Below are positions 24,547 to 26,414 of a stretch of 26,414 bases of DNA, one piece after another. This stretch comes from a virus. Lineage: Duplodnaviria > Caudoviricetes. Each line of letters starts with the position of its first letter. Position 1 is the first letter of the stretch. The notes under the pieces were generated by a model. It worked only from the letters and a program-made list of their open reading frames with translations, made no database searches and was not told where the DNA came from. Where the stretch lies: positions 1 to 26,414 of IMG/VR virus record IMGVR_UViG_3300048861_000047; one strand, written 5' to 3'. The translations under genes were made by a program, and so were the position numbers.

Positions 24547-25078
24547 CGTCCCCCTCCTCATCGTCCTCTACTGGACGCCGTCCGACATGCTGGAGCTTCC
24601 GGCAGAGCTCCTCAGCCTCACCGGTCAGAACGTCATTCACTGCCCGCTTGTCCTTTATGCCCACCAGGCGAGTCGCCAACTTGGAAGGCATGGCAAGAAT
24701 CGCCGACTTGAGGCTTGCCGCGACGTTCTCGACGCTCCGCTTCACGTCCTCGATCGCGACAACTTCGCCCCGTTTCGTCGCCAGTTCGAGCTCTTTCAGG
24801 TCCGCTTCTGCCTTCAGCTTCCGGAGGCTGGCCTCCTCCATGTTTTCGGTGTCGTCTTCCGGAATTTGACACCCTTCATTTCCGCGACTTCCATCTCTTT
24901 CGATCCGGTAAGAGACGTACCATTCCCGCACATCGGACCAGATAAAACGACGCCCCCTGCCATCTCCAACGCAGGTCAAGTTATTGTTTTTTATATAGTT
25001 GCGGACCATGCGCCCCGAGACGCCGAGGAGCAAGGCGATGTCCTCAAGCTCCAGAGTTTCCATTTCAGTCGCGATCAC
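24539..25078 (-). CDS. Terminase small subunit, Nu1-like
   Basis: N-terminal HTH (IALLLGVSGRMVRNY) and LRKLKAEADLKELELATKRGEVV; coupled to terL. Confidence 0.92.
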   Translation of the reverse strand: MIATEMETLELEDIALLLGVSGRMVRNYIKNNNLTCVGDGRGRRFIWSDVREWYVSYRIERDGSRGNEGCQIPEDDTENMEEASLRKLKAEADLKELELATKRGEVVAIEDVKRSVENVAASLKSAILAMPSKLATRLVGIKDKRAVNDVLTGEAEELCRKLQHVGRRPVEDDEEGDGE

Positions 25079-25114
25079 AAACCGTTCATATCGCGGAAAT
25101 GGAAATGAAGTCTA
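25079..25114 (-). promoter_or_regulatory. Degenerate copy of the late-promoter element (terS-terL)
   Basis: TAGACTTCATTTC-CATTTCCGCGA-TATGAA-CGGTTT-GTG. Same geometry, A at -11 and T at -1, weaker upstream match. Confidence 0.45.
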
Positions 25115-25137
25115 AAATTTGCTGGCGCTAGGAGATA

Positions 25138-25184
25138 TGTGCGGTGGCGCGTCACCCTCACAACACCATATCGGGGAAGGACCC
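25138..25184 (-). other. Candidate cos site (cosQ plus cosN)
   Basis: Minus strand GGGTCCT (25184-25178; the lambda cosQ heptamer), then the near-palindrome GGTGACGCGCCACC (25156-25143), just upstream of terS. Confidence 0.65.
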
Positions 25185-25233
25185 AATATTGATATTAAAG
25201 CATTTACGGGGCGTTCTCCCAGAGTGGGGTTTA

Positions 25234-25704
25234 TCAGCTAGGCTTTTGAAGGCCTTTACTATCCGACGGCTTCTTTGCGTCTAGATCTTTCTTCTGTTTC
25301 TTCTTGCCGTAGATGAAGACGCCAACGAGTGATGCGAGCGCGCCGATGATCGATACAATCCCAGTAACTTCCTTACCTTCGTGGATAAGGAATATTCCAC
25401 CTAGGACCGCTGTCATCGCCAGGATGAATCCGTAAGTCGTTCCTCTGCGCTGGGCTTTAGTATTCGATGTGACTACGTCCAGTTCAATCTCCTGCCTATG
25501 CGCCTGCTGCCGCTCTGCCATTCGCAGGATACGGTCAGCTGCGCCAGGACAGACCTGCTCCCATCCCTCAACGATGGAGGGATGGGGAACCGGACCAGCG
25601 TAATATTCTGCTGACATTTGAACGCGACGGGAATTCACTCCCCCGTCTAAGGAAGGCTTCTGTATTTGAGGCGGCGGTATTTGACCGTGATGCTTGCGGG
25701 ACAT
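25234..25704 (-). CDS. DUF2335-like membrane protein
   Basis: YAGPVPHP...CPGAADRILRMAERQQAHR followed by two TM helices and a basic tail. Confidence 0.85.
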   Translation of the reverse strand: MSRKHHGQIPPPQIQKPSLDGGVNSRRVQMSAEYYAGPVPHPSIVEGWEQVCPGAADRILRMAERQQAHRQEIELDVVTSNTKAQRRGTTYGFILAMTAVLGGIFLIHEGKEVTGIVSIIGALASLVGVFIYGKKKQKKDLDAKKPSDSKGLQKPS

Positions 25705-25716
25705 TCGGCAGGGGGC

Positions 25717-25935
25717 CTACTTACTAAGATGCTTTTCCTTATATTCGCTCATAGCATTACTTAAATCGTCACCCGCAAGATGCCAATCGGCAGATGCAGC
25801 CAAGGCATCAGCCTCCTGTGGAGTTTCGCATGAATTGTACTCGTCAAATGTCCCGTACCAGTCCAATAGACGGGCGGCACCCGAAGCCATTGATGGCGAT
25901 GCGATCAGGAAGTCTGACTGAAATTTCTTACCCAT
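25717..25935 (-). CDS. Small acidic hypothetical protein upstream of the DUF2335-like gene
   Basis: GGAG SD before ATG 25935; SGAARLLDWYGTFDEYN...ADALASADWHLAGDDL; 12-nt gap to the next gene. Confidence 0.75.
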   Translation of the reverse strand: MGKKFQSDFLIASPSMASGAARLLDWYGTFDEYNSCETPQEADALAASADWHLAGDDLSNAMSEYKEKHLSK

Positions 25936-26414
25936 TTCGATTTGCTCCAAACATCATCCGTTTGATCCAGGGCTTATTCCCTAGACATGTAGTATGACGT
26001 TTCAACATACTGACCCGTTGTCAACCATATCGGCTACAACGGCACGATCCTTATGCTTATTAATGCTTATTAGACGTTTTAGGGCTTCGCTCGATCTGTG
26101 CTCTTTATCCCTGCTATAAATGGCGCCAATGACCGTTGTGTCAGTAGTGCACATATATGTGCTCTAAACATTATGTCAGATTTACATTCCCCGCAACATG
26201 CAAATTGCATTTTGCAAGATGCGTCATATCAATACCTTAGCCTGTTTCAATGCGCGCCGGAATCAAGTTATTGATCCTATTGGCTATACCTCCATGATGG
26301 CGGCATCATCCCGGCATGTAATGAGCATCATCCTGGTGTGTAATAGGTACCGCTGCGAGGTTGGAAAGCCCCGCCGTGCCATGGACGCCAAGGTCCTGGA
26401 GCGGAAGAAGACCG

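Larger units (their letters stand above)
1053..26414 (-). mobile_element. Lambda-like siphovirus prophage, late/structural half, adjoining the tRNA-Ser 3' end; continues beyond the window
   Basis: Complete terminase, portal, capsid, tail and lysis gene set in lambda-like order. Phage-type sequence starts right after the tRNA. The partner att site and integrase are not in the window, so the left boundary is inferred. Confidence 0.9.

Noticed and set aside
12037-24711. Long plus-strand ORFs at 12037-12702, 18269-19165, 20975-21811 and 23428-24711
   Set aside because: Antisense shadows of GC-rich tape measure, capsid, portal and terminase genes, with no motifs.
26280-26414. Partial CDS at the right edge
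   Set aside because: Frames are open on both strands but too short to assign.

Overview
Bases 1-905 hold a host queG gene (cut off by the window edge), divergent from an intact tRNA-Ser(CGA). The remaining ~25 kb is the late half of a lambda-like (cos-type, long non-contractile tail) prophage that appears integrated at the 3' end of that tRNA. It is read mostly on the minus strand: cos, terS, terL, head adaptor, portal, protease-capsid fusion, small ORFs, ssb, lysozyme, head-tail and tail genes, an SGNH-esterase tail fibre, holin- and spanin-like genes, and a dNTP diphosphohydrolase. No integrase or early genes are in the window. The most striking feature is regulatory. Six late genes, plus terS more weakly, are each preceded by a 36-nt element of identical geometry (TTGC-N4-TTTTC at -36..-24, invariant A at -11, T at -1), in all but one case with the start codon at the predicted +1. 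The late region therefore looks like a set of separately promoted, mostly leaderless mini-operons rather than lambda's single antiterminated transcript. This may explain two plus-strand genes inside the late region: a gpZ-like tail gene and a TIR-domain moron. Other points: an SD-led internal capsid start inside the protease-capsid fusion, a split lysis module, a G/T frameshift and two candidate structured RNAs. Product calls come from reading motifs and gene order; no database searches were run.
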